From Octopus vulgaris (lineage: Eukaryota), in the NCBI GenBank assembly GCA_951406725.2, contig OX597823.1, positions 86,614,001 to 86,678,000 of the forward strand: 64,000 bases of DNA, read 5' to 3'. The notes beneath the pieces are model-generated. The model ran no database searches, was not told where the DNA came from, and was given only the letters and a program-made list of their open reading frames with translations. The first letter of the stretch is position 1, and each line of letters starts with the position of its first letter. Both the position numbers and the translations under genes were made by a program. This document shows, one piece after another, positions 28,971-42,411 of this stretch.

Positions 28971-31296
28971 CATGAGTCACCAAACTACGTCCCGCGGGCC
29001 AGATCCGGCTCGACAAAGTATGCTGAAAAATAAAGCTTGCTTTTATACTGTTCCTTGCACTTTTTAGATTACGTATGTCGTATAGCCAGTCACGCGCTAT
29101 GTATTTCACGTGTCATAGTAATTATTACAGTATACCATGTCTGCCTCGGGCTAGTCAGTTATTAGTGATTACAATTAAAATGAGTATCTGACGCCGAGGA
29201 CTAAGACTGCTTTTGTTTTTTCTTCACCCATCGTTATGACTACTAAGAAGAGAAAGGTTGTTGATGATGAATGTCGCGTTTTCAACTAAGAATGGGGAGG
29301 AAAGTTCTTCTTTTGGGAAGCAAACGGCAGAAAGCTAGTTGCCTGATATGCGACGAAAATGTTGCTGTTATGAAAGAGTACAATATTCGTTGTCACTACA
29401 GAGCAAAACATCTCTCAACACATTCTAAATATTCTGGACAGTTGAGGTCCGAGAAATTTGAATCTATGAAACGTAGTTTGGAATCTCAAAAGGAATTTCT
29501 TTACGAAACAGTTTGTTGAAAATGAATCTATCACTCGTGTAAGTTAGAAAATAGTGAATAAGTTGGCAGAGGGAGGAAAACCATTTACTGACAGAAACTT
29601 TATATAAGAGTGCATGATGGAAGCAGCAAATGACTTGTGTCCTGAAAAAGGTAACATATTTGGCTGTATCAGCCTTTCGGCATGTTCAGTTGAGCGGAGA
29701 ATAGAACTTGGAGAGAATATACAGTTACAGATACATGAGAAAGCTTGCACTGGATGAGTCTACTGATCGCCGTAGAACGTCACAATTTCTTGTGTTCGTT
29801 TGTGGTGTTAATTGCAATTTTGAGATTATAGAAGAAATGGCATCCGTTTGCAGTAAACATGGAACAACAGTTGGAGAAGATATTTTCATAGAGGTGGAGA
29901 AAACTTTGCAAAACTATAACCTTCAGTGGAATAAGCTTCGGTGTGTTACAGTCGATGGAGGAAAATACATGGCAGGAGTGAGGAAGGGTTTTGTAGGGCA
30001 GATCCAGGCCAAGTGGGAGGAGCTTTAATTTCCGAAAGCTCTGTTTATACATCAACATTATACATCAACAAGCACACTATGGAAAATACTTAGATATTTC
30101 TTGCGTATTAAAATCGGTTACAACTGTAGTGAACTTTATTCGAATCGTGGGCTTAATCATCGACAGTTCCAGGCTTTTCTTGAAGAAATGGATTCTAATT
30201 TCTGTGACTTGCCTTACCATACAGAAGTGAGATGACTCAGTTGCGGTGCAGTCCTGTTTCATTTTTATAAGCTCCGAAGAGAGATACATCTTTTTCTCAC
30301 CGAAAAGAACAGAGCTGATCCACAGCTGTCAGATCCTTCATGGCTATCAAAGTTGTCATTTTTAGTTGACGTCACATCTCATATGAATGAATTGAATTTA
30401 AAACTGCAAAGAAAGACTAACCTTATCTGTGATCTCCACAGAATTATTACAGCATTTCGGAGAATAGCTACCATTGTTTGAAGCGCAACTTGAAGGAGGA
30501 AACTTCTCTAATTTTCAGTGTTTTCAAGTTTTGCACAGAAAATGTAGAACATGTTAAACACGTGTTTCAGAAAAAAAAATTATTCGGGTCTTAGATAAGC
30601 ATGTTTCTCAAAGATTTTCAAAGCTTGACAGGATTCAAAATAAAATTATTTTGTTTGAGAATCCTTTTGGCTGTTATCTTGATAATATGCTAACTGAACT
30701 ACAACTGGAGCTTATTGACTTGCAAGCTAATACCTTGTTGAAAGAGAAGCACAGAGAAGGAAAACTCATGGAATTTTATCGTTGCTTGCTTGCTAATGAG
30801 TTCCGAAAATTGAAAAAAATTGCTTCAGGTAAGGCATCAGTTTTTGGAACAATTTATGTTTTTTTGAGCAAACTTTTTCAGAAGTTGAGTGTGAGAGGTC
30901 AATAAATCGCACAATAAACCACTGATGAACATTTGAAAGCAATTCTTATGGTTGGCTACAGCAATCATAAAGCAAATGTTGATGATATTTTGGAAGCAAA
31001 ATGCCAGTTTCATAAATCTCTGTGCTGCTTACTATTTTTATATAGAATTCAGCTATGTGCGCACTTTTCCTAAAAATTCTAACTTGGTAATATTTTGGTA
31101 TTATTGAAATATGTTTATTGTTTTTATTATTTTGTGTATTTTATGTATTGATAAATAAATAGGATGACTGTCTTATTTTTTGTGTAATTCAGTGTATTGT
31201 ATATTGTACTGAACTGAACAAAATATTTATCCGGCCCGCGCTTGGCATTCTTTTAGCTATATCTGGCCCGCTATAAAAATCTTTTGGTGACCCCTG
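28971..31296 (+). mobile_element. Full-length decayed hAT transposon (SPIN/Charlie, GTF2IRD2/EPM2AIP1-like transposase)
   Basis: TIRs catgagtcaccaaa / tttggtgacccctg (12/14) with subterminal GGCCCG motifs. Pseudo-ORF from ATG 29236: MTTKKRKV..DECRVF, CLICDENVAVMKEYNIRCHY (BED-like finger), LALDESTD, TVDGGKYM, LPYHTEVR*LS, FENPF and FGTIY. Many stops and frameshifts. Confidence 0.92.
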
Positions 31297-31341
31297 TTAT
31301 ATATAAACAGCCAATACACATATGTATCGATGTATGTATTC

Positions 31342-31399
<58 letters not shown>

Positions 31400-32087
31400 G
31401 TATATGTTATAGTGTATGTATCTGTGTTTGGCCTTTTAGATGTTACAATGCTGCTACGATATTTCTCCATCTCTCTACTGAAGGCAATGCGGTTTTTTTT
31501 TCAATTTTGACATGAAGCAAGCAAAAGTACTTTCGCAATAAATTAGAAAATGCAAGTGGATTGAAGATGTGTGTATATATCACTCTCGTTTTTATCTTCT
31601 TTTCGTTTTCATTTTCGTGTGTGCATTTGTTTTTCAATAATTATTCAGTACAGAAAACGCCTTTAAGCAAACAAACAAACATATTAGAAGAAGAAATAAA
31701 CAGACGAAAATTGCCTTCAGCATATTGCACTTTCACACAATATTTTACAGATTATTCTTGAAAATTACTTCGTCGCTCCGAGCTGACATTTCCATCCGCC
31801 TTTGTTGAAATATCTGCTAATTAATTGTCGAAATAAATAGCTGTTGTTCATAAACAAACTTTAATGCATTTACTAAATAATTGACTGTATGTTTTTCACA
31901 CATTATTTTTCTCCGCATATTCACCGTTCATTAATTCAATTCCACTATGATTATAACAATTGTAGCACACTTGAAAATGCTTCTGGTGTTTCTATAGACT
32001 TTAACATTACATATAGCTTTAAGTCGACAGACGTGTATTTAAATATACTTTCAGACACACATATGCTCGCATAAAACATGCCGTGTA

Positions 32088-32490
32088 TACTTTTCTGCTC
32101 TAGGCACAAGGCCCGAAATTTTTGGGGGAGGGGGATAGTCAATTAGATAGACTCCAATACGCAAATGGTACGTAATTTATCGACCCCGAAATTATAAAGG
32201 CAAAGTTGACCGCGGCGGAATTTAAACTCAGATCTGAACCTCTAAGCATTTCGCCCGGCCTGCTAACGTTTCTTATTTCTTTACTACCCACAAGGGGCTA
32301 AACACAGAGGGAACAAACGAGGACAGACAACGGGAATAAGTCGATTATATCGACCCCAGTGCGTATCTGGTACTTATTTAATCGACCCCGAAAGGATGAA
32401 AGGCAAAGTCGATCTCGGCGGAATTTGAACTCAGAAATGTCGCTAAGCATTTCGCCCGGCGTGCTAACGTTTCTGCCAGCTTTCCGCCTT
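32088..32490 (-). mobile_element. SINE family B dimer (core-tail1-core-tail2)
   Basis: Two core units: the first ends ...tttagccccttgtgggtagtaaagaaata, the second ends ...aatttcgggccttgtgcctagagcagaaaag. Confidence 0.85.
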
Positions 32491-33122
32491 CAAAACATGC
32501 CCTGTGTAGTACAATCATTGGTTCGCTGAATGAAATTTCCCTACGGTATATATTTTGTGAAGTAATTTTGCATTCCAGGTTCAATCCTGGATAATGCCAC
32601 TTTCTTCAATTTTTTTTAATGAAGTACCAATGAAATCGAATTAGTGGACGAATTCTGTTTGTCTTATGCCAAAACAAATTCTAATTAATATGCTCTTAGT
32701 GGGTGAGTTACTAGAATTGTTAGCGCATCAGCAAAAATGCTAATAGGCCCTTGCTCTTCATCCTAATGTGCTGTGCTCAAGTCCCGCCGAGATCAGCTTT
32801 GCTTCTCATCCTTGGAAGTACTAGGATCGACGTCATCAAATAACCATCTCCTGCCTAAGTTTCAGCTATTGTAAAGATTTCAAATGTTATCACATGGCCA
32901 ACAATGTCGGAACTGAGTCGATTACATTCGATCCCGTTGCTTAACGGATACTTCTTTCATCGACCTCGAAGATTGAAATGCAAAGTCGACCTCGGCAGAA
33001 TTTGAACTCAAATCACATAGATGGAAGGAATGCCGTTCAGTAGGTTAATGATTCTGCAAGCTCACCGCCTTTGGTTATGGTATCCTTTCTATATTTGGCT
33101 ACTAATATTATATGTACAATTT

Positions 33123-33339
33123 AAGGTGTCGAGATGGCAGAAATGTTAACACACCAGCCGAAATGCTTAGTAGTATTTCGTCTGTCTTTATGCTCTGAGT
33201 TCAAATTCCGCCGAGGTCGATTTTGCTTTTCGTCCTTTGGTGTCAATAAATTAAGTAACAGTTACGTACTGGGTCGATCAAATCGACTGGCCCCCTCCCC
33301 CAAAATTTCGGACCTTGTGCCTAGTGTAGAAAAGAATAT
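33123..33339 (+). mobile_element. SINE family B monomer with tail2
   Basis: aaggtgtcgagatggcagaaatgttaac...gactggccccctccccaaaatttcggaccttgtgcctagtgtagaaaagaatat. Confidence 0.85.
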
Positions 33340-33351
33340 TTGTGCGCTTGT

Positions 33352-33835
33352 AAGGCGGCGAGGTGGCAGAAATGTTAGCACGCCGGGCGAAATGCGTAGC
33401 TGTATTTCGTCTGCCGTTACGTTGTGAGTTCAAATTCCGCCGAGGTCGACTTTGCGTTTCATCCTTTCGGGGTCGATAAATTAAGTACCAGTTACACACC
33501 GGGGTCGATGTAATCGACTTAGTCCCTTTGTCTGTCCTTGTTTGTCCCCTCTGTATTTAGCCCCCTGTAAGTAGTAAAGAAATAGAAATAGGCATTTCGT
33601 CTGCCGTTACGTTCTGAGTTCAAATTCCGCCGAGGTCGACTTTGCCTTTCATCCTTTCGGAGTCGATAAATTAAGTACCAGTTACACACTGGCGTCGATG
33701 TAATCGACTTAGTCCCTTTGTCTGTCCTCGTTTGTCCCCCTCTGTGTTTAACCCCCTGTGAGTTGTAAAGAAGTAGAAATAGGTATTTCGTCTGCCGTTA
33801 CGTTCTGAGTTCAAATTCCGCCTTTCATCCTTTCG
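33352..33835 (+). mobile_element. SINE family B tandem multimer (~191-bp period)
   Basis: One head, with units restarting at g(c/t)atttcgtctgccgttacg at about 33591 and 33782. Confidence 0.9.
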
Positions 33836-35266
33836 TGTTTGGATATATATCTATATATATACATATATATTTCCCTCACCGCACACCATATATATTGATG
33901 TTTTTTTTGTGGCAAATTATCTACGAAACAAATTTCATAATAATTTTCTCATTACTTTTAACCTCAAATCTCGCGATTTTCTGCTTATGTTATCAAATCT
34001 AGTGAATGCCAGGTTAATTTGGATAACTCCTTGTTTTTCTTTTCTTTTTTTTTTTTGCTAAAATAGTTGTAAGCTAGCTAAGATTATTCAATAGAATGAA
34101 CTTTCCCAGTCACAAAACTCTGGCCTCTCCCCTAAAACATAAATCACTTCTAAAATATTGTTACTAGTTGCATCATAACATGTTATTTACTAAGCTAATT
34201 CGCGTGAAATCAAACGAAATGAACTAGCAAGAGTTATGTCGTGTCACGGCTATGGACGAAGCGCAGCTGTCAATGACAGGATATGAACCACTACTCATGC
34301 GACTGGTAGTCAGACACCCTATCTTCTCAGCCAGCTGCGACTCTCTGTCTCTCTATGTATATTCAAACAAGTATCAAATAACCGTTAGTAGCAGTTTGTG
34401 ACGTCGGTTCAATAACATTAGCTTTAACTTTCGAAACAACGACAGTGGCTGCCATTTCTGCCAGGTGTTTTAAAAATACACGAGCTCATTTACATAACAA
34501 TTGCTGTGACTTTCTTTGTGGTTGACATCATTTGGGAACTGTAATGAAGTGCTTCTTGACTGAATGAGATCTATTACTCTATTAATTATTTTGCAAGAAA
34601 CATGACATGGAAACTTAAACGAAATATTTGCGTGTTTAACTTTCCATTTAGTCGGGTAGATCAAAGCTTGCATTCACACATATACACATTGATTATACAG
34701 ACAAACGCAGAGAAATACTTTAGTGACGCGTTAACTGTTGTATTTCAGTGCTGTATTGTACTATAGAATATACTTAGAGAATCTTAGCCAATAACATACG
34801 TAATAGACAGCTGTAAACACTTCTGGATATACAGTATAGTCGTAGAAGCAGCAGCAAAACAATAAGGGTCAGACTGACTTTAACCCTTTGTTGGGATATC
34901 ATCAGCGACCGAATAAGCCTTGTGAAATGGCCACAGAGAGACTATTTATAAGCAAAGCATTCCTAACAGTTAAAGTGTTTCGGATACTTATGGTTTCGTC
35001 CATCCGTCCGTCCGTCCATCCATCCATCCATCCATCCGTCCGTCCGTCCGTGCCTATATCCAGACATATGTGCATATGTGCATGTGTGCAAGTGTGTGTG
35101 CGTGCGCGCTCGCACGTCTGTGTACGTGCGTGCGTGTGTGTGTGCGTGTGTGTTTGTGCGTGTGTGTGTGCGTGTGTGTGTGCGTGTGCGTTTGTGCGTG
35201 TGTATGTGCGTGTGTGTGTGTGTCTGTGCGTGTGCGTGTATTTTTGTGCGTGTGTGTGTGCATGTG

Positions 35267-35297
<31 letters not shown>

Positions 35298-35785
35298 ACG
35301 TGCGTGCGTGTGTGTGCGTGTGTGTGTGTGCATATTTACTCACACGCATACATATATCTTATTGGTTTCAAATTTTGACACAATCTCAACAATTTCTATG
35401 GAGGGAATAAGTCAATTACATCGACCCCAGTGTTCAACTGGTACCTGTTTTATCAACCTCTAAAGTATAAAAGCTAAAGCCGACATCAGCGGAATTTGAA
35501 CTCAGAACGAAAAGATAGTCGAAATGCCGCTAAGCTTTTGCCCAGTGTTCTAACGACTCTGCCACCTCGCCACCATACACACATATATTATGTTAATGTT
35601 TGCTTCTTATGGCAATTAGATACAAAACAATTTAACATTAAACGGAAGGATTACGCAATAATTTTTGTCCAATACATGTTTATTAAACTTTCACTAGAAT
35701 ACGGGTGACAGTAACTTCGAATATTATTCATATTATTTATATTATTTACATTTGACAGATACTTGTCCTCATCTTGTTTGTTGTT

Positions 35786-35831
35786 AACACAACGTTTCGG
35801 CTGATATACGCTCCAGCCTTCATCAAGTGTC
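35786..35831 (-). ncRNA. Minimal type I hammerhead motif (C3U variant)
   Basis: gacac-UUGAUGA-A-GGCUG-gagcguauau-CAGCC-GAAAC-GUU-guguu. Confidence 0.7.
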
Positions 35832-35872
35832 TTGGGGAAATTTTGAACATAAGGTATGTTTCGATGGTATTA

Positions 35873-35930
<58 letters not shown>

Positions 35931-35955
35931 GTTATCATCATTATCATTATTATCC

Positions 35956-35990
<35 letters not shown>

Positions 35991-36062
35991 TTCATCATCA
36001 TTATCATCATCATCGTCATCATCATCATCATCATTATTATTATTATTATTATCATTATTATT

Positions 36063-36129
<67 letters not shown>

Positions 36130-36202
36130 TCATTGCCCCGGAATCGAACTCGGTATCTTGGACTAGCAGCACTCACTCTTAACCACTACGCCTTATGCCC
36201 AA

Positions 36203-36248
36203 GACATCTGAAGAAGGTTGGAGAGTATATCAGCCGAAACGTTGCGTT
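36203..36248 (+). ncRNA. Minimal type I hammerhead motif
   Basis: gacau-CUGAAGA-A-GGUUG-gagaguauau-CAGCC-GAAAC-GUU-gcguu; canonical CUGANGA/GAAA core. Confidence 0.7.
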
Positions 36249-36554
36249 AACAACAAACAAAATGAGGACAAATATATCCGTAAAATGTAAATAATGTACA
36301 TAATTCCTCATCTCTTAAATATAGAACTATAGTAACTTCGAAGATTCGGTCTGTTACCTTTCGTCAGACTGTATAAATATATCGCAACCATGGTAGCTAG
36401 TTTAATAAATTACTAGAGCACTGACAATGTTTGTTGCTAAGGTATACTGTACTATAGAATACATTAGTAAATTCTTAGTCAACACAAGTAACGACCTGTG
36501 TCATGTGACACAAGTTTGACACATTTCCCTGGTGACCATTCATCATATATGATA

Positions 36555-37124
36555 TATTGAGTTGTCCGAAAAGTTCCTGCCGATTTGTAGTAGCTTACAT
36601 TTCGACTTATTTTAGAACATGGTTCAGTCCATAAAATAGGATTTGACTACACCTCCATTTAGAGCATAGTTTAAACTATCTTTTCGTGGAAGAAGATTTA
36701 TGTTCCTATAACCTGTGTTAATTAGGTAACCCTTTAAAATGGAAGATAAGAAAGTTTATTTTCGGCACTTGATGCTTCGGGAACCAGACAAAAATTGCTG
36801 CAGTTCGGGTGGGATGTGTTACCCCACCATCCATATTCACCAGATATTGCTCCTTTGGATTTCCACTTATTCAGGTCTCTGCAGAATAGTCTTAATGGTA
36901 AAAATTTCAATTCCTTGGATAACGTAAAAATATACTTTGATGAATTCTTTGCCATGAAATCACCTCAATTCTGGGAAGAGGGTATTTTCAAGTTAAAGGA
37001 AAGATGGAAACGCATTGTGCAACAAAACGGTTCATATTTGGTTGATTAAAAATGCAATGACAAGTATTTACTGACCTTTTTCTTTCCTTTAAAATTCGGC
37101 CCGAACTTTCCGGACAATCCAATA
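36555..37124 (+). mobile_element. Non-autonomous, internally deleted mariner element, copy 2
   Basis: TA-bounded TIRs tattgagttgtccgaaaagttcctgccgattt / aaattcggcccgaactttccggacaatccaata. N-terminus MEDKKVYFRHLML is joined out of frame to GWDVLPHHPYSPDIAPLDFHLFRSLQNSL...WKRIVQQNGSYLVD. Confidence 0.93.
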
Positions 37125-37967
37125 CATTCCCAATGTTTTTCCACCCACCAAGATACTTAAAACTTATGAAATGAAAGCTGTAGAACTTATGAAACATGGC
37201 CAACTAAGAGCTTGAAAACAAGCCCAGACATTTTGGACAAACTTATGAAAATGCTTTGGATAAGCAAAAGGTTAATGGGTATATTCAAATTTCCATTTTC
37301 ATATTCGTTTATTACATTCAGACATTGATCTTCGTTTCTAACTGATTTGGAATTTAACTGCAAGACTCTTTTAGAGATAATTTCTCTCTATATGATGCAC
37401 CTTGCCTGTTATATGCGTGCGTAGCTGACATATAGCCAGAAAAACACGCGCATACACACTTATATACTGAGAGAAAGAGAGCGAGAAGAGGAGCGATATA
37501 CATCTATACGTACATACGAACAGACAGGCTGAGACAAGACTAAAGATAAATAAGTAATTAGGGGGTGGAAAAATATTCCCAGATATAGGTATGGGAAGGA
37601 ATTTTATTTCGCATTCTTTGTTTACTTGACAACCGAGAATTGTTTAATGAAACTTTATCATTCAGTTTACATCACATTATACAAGGAAAGTTTCTAAAAC
37701 GCGTTATTAAAAATGTTAACTAACCTCTGGCTATGTAAAATATAGATAACAGTTTCTACATCGTACTCGAGTTAACACGGAAAGTGAGGGACTAAATACA
37801 GCCCTCCTGAAGTGCGTTAATTCTGGAGACTGGATAATGGATAGGTTTCTGTTTATCATTTTCTATCATTTTCTTTCAATCTTTCAATCTCTCTTAGGTA
37901 GACGTCTACGCGTACAACACGGATACAAGACACAAAACAGACTTACAGAATATATATTTATCTATCT

Positions 37968-38067
<100 letters not shown>

Positions 38068-38409
38068 CATATATGTTTGCATGCATGTATGTGTGTATGT
38101 TAGTATGTATATTAAAAGATGTATTATATGCACTGACAAACTGGAACGTAGCAAAGGAGATAAGGTATATCTATACCTTATCGGAGAGAAAGAAAAAGAA
38201 AAGGGGAGAAAGAGAACGATTAAAATGGACTTCTATCCCTTTGCTTTTATTTCTGTAGACCTCTATGTTTTCTGATAGACACGCAACCTATTGTTACCTT
38301 TCAACTCCATATTGTGTTGCGAAACTTAAGATACGATGAGAATATAGAAAACCATTTATCATCCATTTAACAGTAAAAACACATTATATAATATATACAT
38401 ATACCAATA

Positions 38410-38495
<86 letters not shown>

Positions 38496-39348
38496 TATGT
38501 ATGTATGTATGTATGTATGTTTGTATACGCATATGTATATGTAATATCATATGTATATGTTTGAAATACAATTCTTTTCATACCCATTTAATAGAGACTT
38601 TTATTAGGATAAACTTTCGTTGTGTGTTATTAAATGGAGAAAAGAACTAAGGATTTGCTACAAGAATTTGCTTAAACAACATATCGTTTCATACACAGAT
38701 TTTCTTCCTACTAATAGTTGCATTCGTGGTTTTATAATAATTCACTTGAGCTTGTGTTGCTAAACTCGGATGTATAACTTCTATCAACCGATTTTTATTC
38801 TGTTTTTTTTTTATACTCTCTCGTTGCTTTGACCATATTCTTCCAAGTCAGTCATTATAAGATATTGTAATTTCTGTATAAAAATACAAAAATTATAGTA
38901 CCTCATAAAACTTTTTCTTTCTTTTCTATATATGACCAAAGATCAAATGATGGATGTATTTTGCATTATTTTATCAACCATTTACTGATGATTTGAAACG
39001 CAGTAAAGACAAGATTTGCTTATATTTGTATGCAATTTTTCATATAAATACAATCCACCCATCCAAATTGTTTGTAGTTTCTCTTTGGTATATATATATA
39101 TATATGTGTGTGTGTGAGTGTGTGTGTGTGTGTAATCTTTATCTTCTATCTTTTACTTGGTTTCAGTAATTAGTCTGCGGCCATGCTGGTGTCCGCCTTG
39201 GAAAATCTTTACTAATTCTATCGTTTCTTCTGCCGAACCATTAAGTTACGGGGTCGTAAACACACCAGCATCAGTTCTCAGGCGGTGGTGGAGAAAAAAC
39301 AAAGACACCTTTCCCCATATGTATATATATATATATATATATATAGCG

Positions 39349-39667
39349 AGGGCGCGTGGCTTAGTGGTTAGGGCATTCGGCTCATGATCGTAAGGTTGTG
39401 AGTTCGATTCCCGGCGACGCGTTGTGTCCTTGAGCAAGACACTTTATTTCACGTTGCTCCAGTCCACTCAGCTGGCAAAAATGAGTTGTACTTGTATTTC
39501 AAAGGGTCAGCCTTGTCACTCTCTGTGTCACGCTGATTATCCCCGAGAACTACGTTAAGGGTACACGTGTCTGTGGAATGCTCAGCCATTTGCACGTTAA
39601 TTTCACGAGCAAGCTGTTCCGTTGATCGTATCACCTGGGACCCTCGTCGTCGTAACCGGCGGAGTCT
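39349..39667 (+). mobile_element. tRNA-derived SINE family C, full length
   Basis: A-box tggcttagtgg, B-box gagttcgattcc, then gtgtccttgagcaagacacttt (CORE-like) and a distinct tail ending cgtcgtaaccggcggagtc. Inserted in (TA)n. Confidence 0.9.
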
Positions 39668-39670
39668 TTA

Positions 39671-39746
<76 letters not shown>

Positions 39747-39799
39747 CTATCTCTCTCTCTCTCTATCTATATATATATATATATATATTGTATATATAT

Positions 39800-40460
39800 T
39801 GTCTGACAGCGCCCCGCGTCAGGTTCGTTCCGATTCGTCGTTTCGTTCCACCTCTTGGTTCCTGTTATTTTTATATTATTATTATATTTAAGACGCGGAA
39901 TTCTCTCCCTTTGCTTTACCCTCTCCCTCCCACTCCTCCTCTCTCTCTCAGCCGCGTGTCCCCCTCCTCCTTCCTTCTTCCTTACTGCCAGTCTATAAAA
40001 TTTATTTTACACGTTGCTCCTACTACTGAAAAGACTGCCTTCCACGCGCTGCCACAGTATCATTCGTCTATGCCAGAAAAAAAGGCTTTTTCGTTCGTCC
40101 TCTTGTGTGTTTGGTTTCCTGTATCGTATTCTCTTTTTATTTTCTCGTTTTGTATTTAATTGTATTTTTTGTACATGTATTTTTATTTTTGCAGTTTTAT
40201 TGTTACGTCCTGTTCGTGTTCGTACTCATTTTGCCCCGCTGCTTGGAATTTTATTTTAATTCTCTCGCAGGAAGGCCTAGTGGATTAGTGTTCTGTCTTG
40301 CCTTCGAAACATGCTTGAGTCTACTAGCGACAGCTGATGACGGGGTCTTTTTCCTTGTGTAGCACGTCCTGTAACTGTTTTTTTTTGTTGTCTTGTTTTT
40401 TGTTTTTTTGTTTTTCCCGTTTCTACGTCTTATTGTGGTGTCCTGTACTCACGTATAATT
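39800..40460 (+). mobile_element. Probable interspersed repeat, PLE-like, unclassified
   Basis: Pyrimidine/T-rich element bounded by (TA)n, with hairpin gaaggc...gccttc followed by gaaacatg and a second ctgatga at about 40335. A complete ribozyme cannot be drawn. Confidence 0.35.
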
Positions 40461-40546
40461 ATTTATATATGCATGTATATATACATGTAGATGTAGGTAC
40501 GTACATATATGTTTGTATGTATGCATATATTTTTATGTATCACATA

Positions 40547-40651
<105 letters not shown>

Positions 40652-41047
40652 CCGTCTACTAAATCCAGTTACCAAACTTTGGTCGACTCGAGGTTATAGT
40701 AGAAAACATTTGTCCAAGGCGCCACATTGTGGGACTGAACCCGGAGAAACGTTATTGGAAAGCAATACACAAACAATAAGAACAGTAAATCTTGAAACAA
40801 AATGAAGCTATAAACAATAGTGTCTAAATATCTGACTAAAATCTTTATGGATAGAAAATATCAAAGGCTGCCAGTGATACGCTATTCAAAACCTTCCGAA
40901 AACATGTCGGGCGTTCAACCATTCAAATGATCTTTTAACTAAATACTTGCACGTTAAAATTTACAGCTACATCTACTTTCGACATGAACGGTTCCTAAAA
41001 ATATTTATTTCACGAACGGGAAGATTCTAAATTAATTGACCTCAACA

Positions 41048-41119
<72 letters not shown>

Positions 41120-41580
41120 ATGTGCTGTAAAAAAATTGCACTAAAGGACGATAAAAAATTCCCCGGAAGAATCAGATACAATACGTGGACATGCACATCC
41201 TTCATGACTTTTTCGGCCAAAGCTCTAAATTTCGCACCGTTATCGGTAAAATTGTTCATTTTGTCGAAATCAGTTAAAAACACCTACTGAGATAAGTGAG
41301 TGAACATACACAAAAGATATATGACAACAGAACGCGAACGAGATATAACGGAAAACACACACTCACACACAGACACACACAGATAGATACATAAACACGT
41401 ACATACATACATTTACTTACACCCACACACACACAAATATGAATACCAGTGAAAATAATGAGCCCGAATGAAAGGAACATCGTGGCCCCAAGTAGCACAT
41501 AATTTTTTATTTGAAAGGACAAACAAAATTGTTTTATTTAACTCACTAATTTGGTTAGCAACCTTCTTCAATGTCATATG

Positions 41581-41616
<36 letters not shown>

Positions 41617-41946
41617 TTCTGTCTCATTTGGTCTAAAGTCGTATGACAACCACCGTTATATATATTTTGTTTATTCATTACTGTTTTCAATTTCGTTTAC
41701 GTCTCTTGTATTTACATCCGTCTTGTGCGTTCACATTCCTGTCTTCTACCAAGAAATCTAATGCTTACAGCTTAGTTTTTTTCTTGGGGCTGGCCGAGTT
41801 GGAGCAAATATCAGAATTGAACAGCCGAAATTTGCTATGATGATTCGGTGTCTGACTGAAGATTGAAGGCTTCGAATGATTTGTCTGTGTTCCGTGTTCG
41901 TCCCTTCCTGTATTTCACGTTCATTATATATAAAAACATTCATTCT

Positions 41947-41978
<32 letters not shown>

Positions 41979-42351
41979 CTTCTCAGATTTTTATTTTAAA
42001 AAATAGAAACGAACATTCAGAAAGTGTATGCTCTTACCTTGGAAATAAACGTCTGTGGAAACAGGTACGTGTGAAAAGCTTAAGAATCAGAAGCAAATAT
42101 TTCCTATTTTTAATAAGCTTAATAATTAGCACATCTTGCTATTTTGTGAAGCTTTAATAAGAATTCAGCGAAGTAGTTCTAGTGCAAACGGATTTTTAAC
42201 AAGTGCATACAACTGAAGTACTTTTATTATATCAAAATGTATGTAAATGTGCACACATCGATAGATAGATAATAGATAGATAGAAATAGGTAGATAGATA
42301 AATAGATAGATGTATATACATACATATTTACATACATATACATACATATTC

Positions 42352-42409
<58 letters not shown>

Positions 42410-42411
<2 letters not shown>

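Larger units (their letters stand above)
35722..36330 (-). mobile_element. Composite tRNA-headed, hammerhead-bearing retroelement with inverted tail copy and 12-bp TSD
   Basis: Direct repeat AGTAACTTCGAA at 35710-35721 and 36331-36342. tRNA-like head at 36200->36125, (AAT/GAT)n spacer, tail with hammerhead at 35786-35831, and inverted tail copy at 36198-36330. Confidence 0.85.

Noticed and set aside
29236-31020. Domesticated GTF2IRD2/EPM2AIP1/ZBED-like gene
   Set aside because: Multiple stops and frameshifts, with TIRs retained.
28963-31304. 8-bp TSD of the hAT element
   Set aside because: Flanks ctgacatt and ttatatat do not match.
33352-33835. Regularly repeated units resembling a CRISPR array
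   Set aside because: Units are ~190-bp SINE repeats with no unique spacers, in a eukaryotic context with no cas genes.
34750-36490. ~50-bp similarity between ~34752-34803 and ~36442-36491 (tgtactatagaata...cttag.caa)
   Set aside because: Too short and diverged to define an LTR or duplication without alignment statistics.
36795-37049. SETMAR-like coding exon
   Set aside because: Part of an internally deleted, TIR-bounded mariner.
38981-39010. CTGATGA-ttt-GAAAC-gca-GTA hammerhead-like string
   Set aside because: No stem II and a poor stem I; at most a deleted remnant.
39349-39425. tRNA gene candidates (also 36125-36200 and 61360-61430)
   Set aside because: A/B boxes are present but acceptor stems are poor and they run into SINE bodies.
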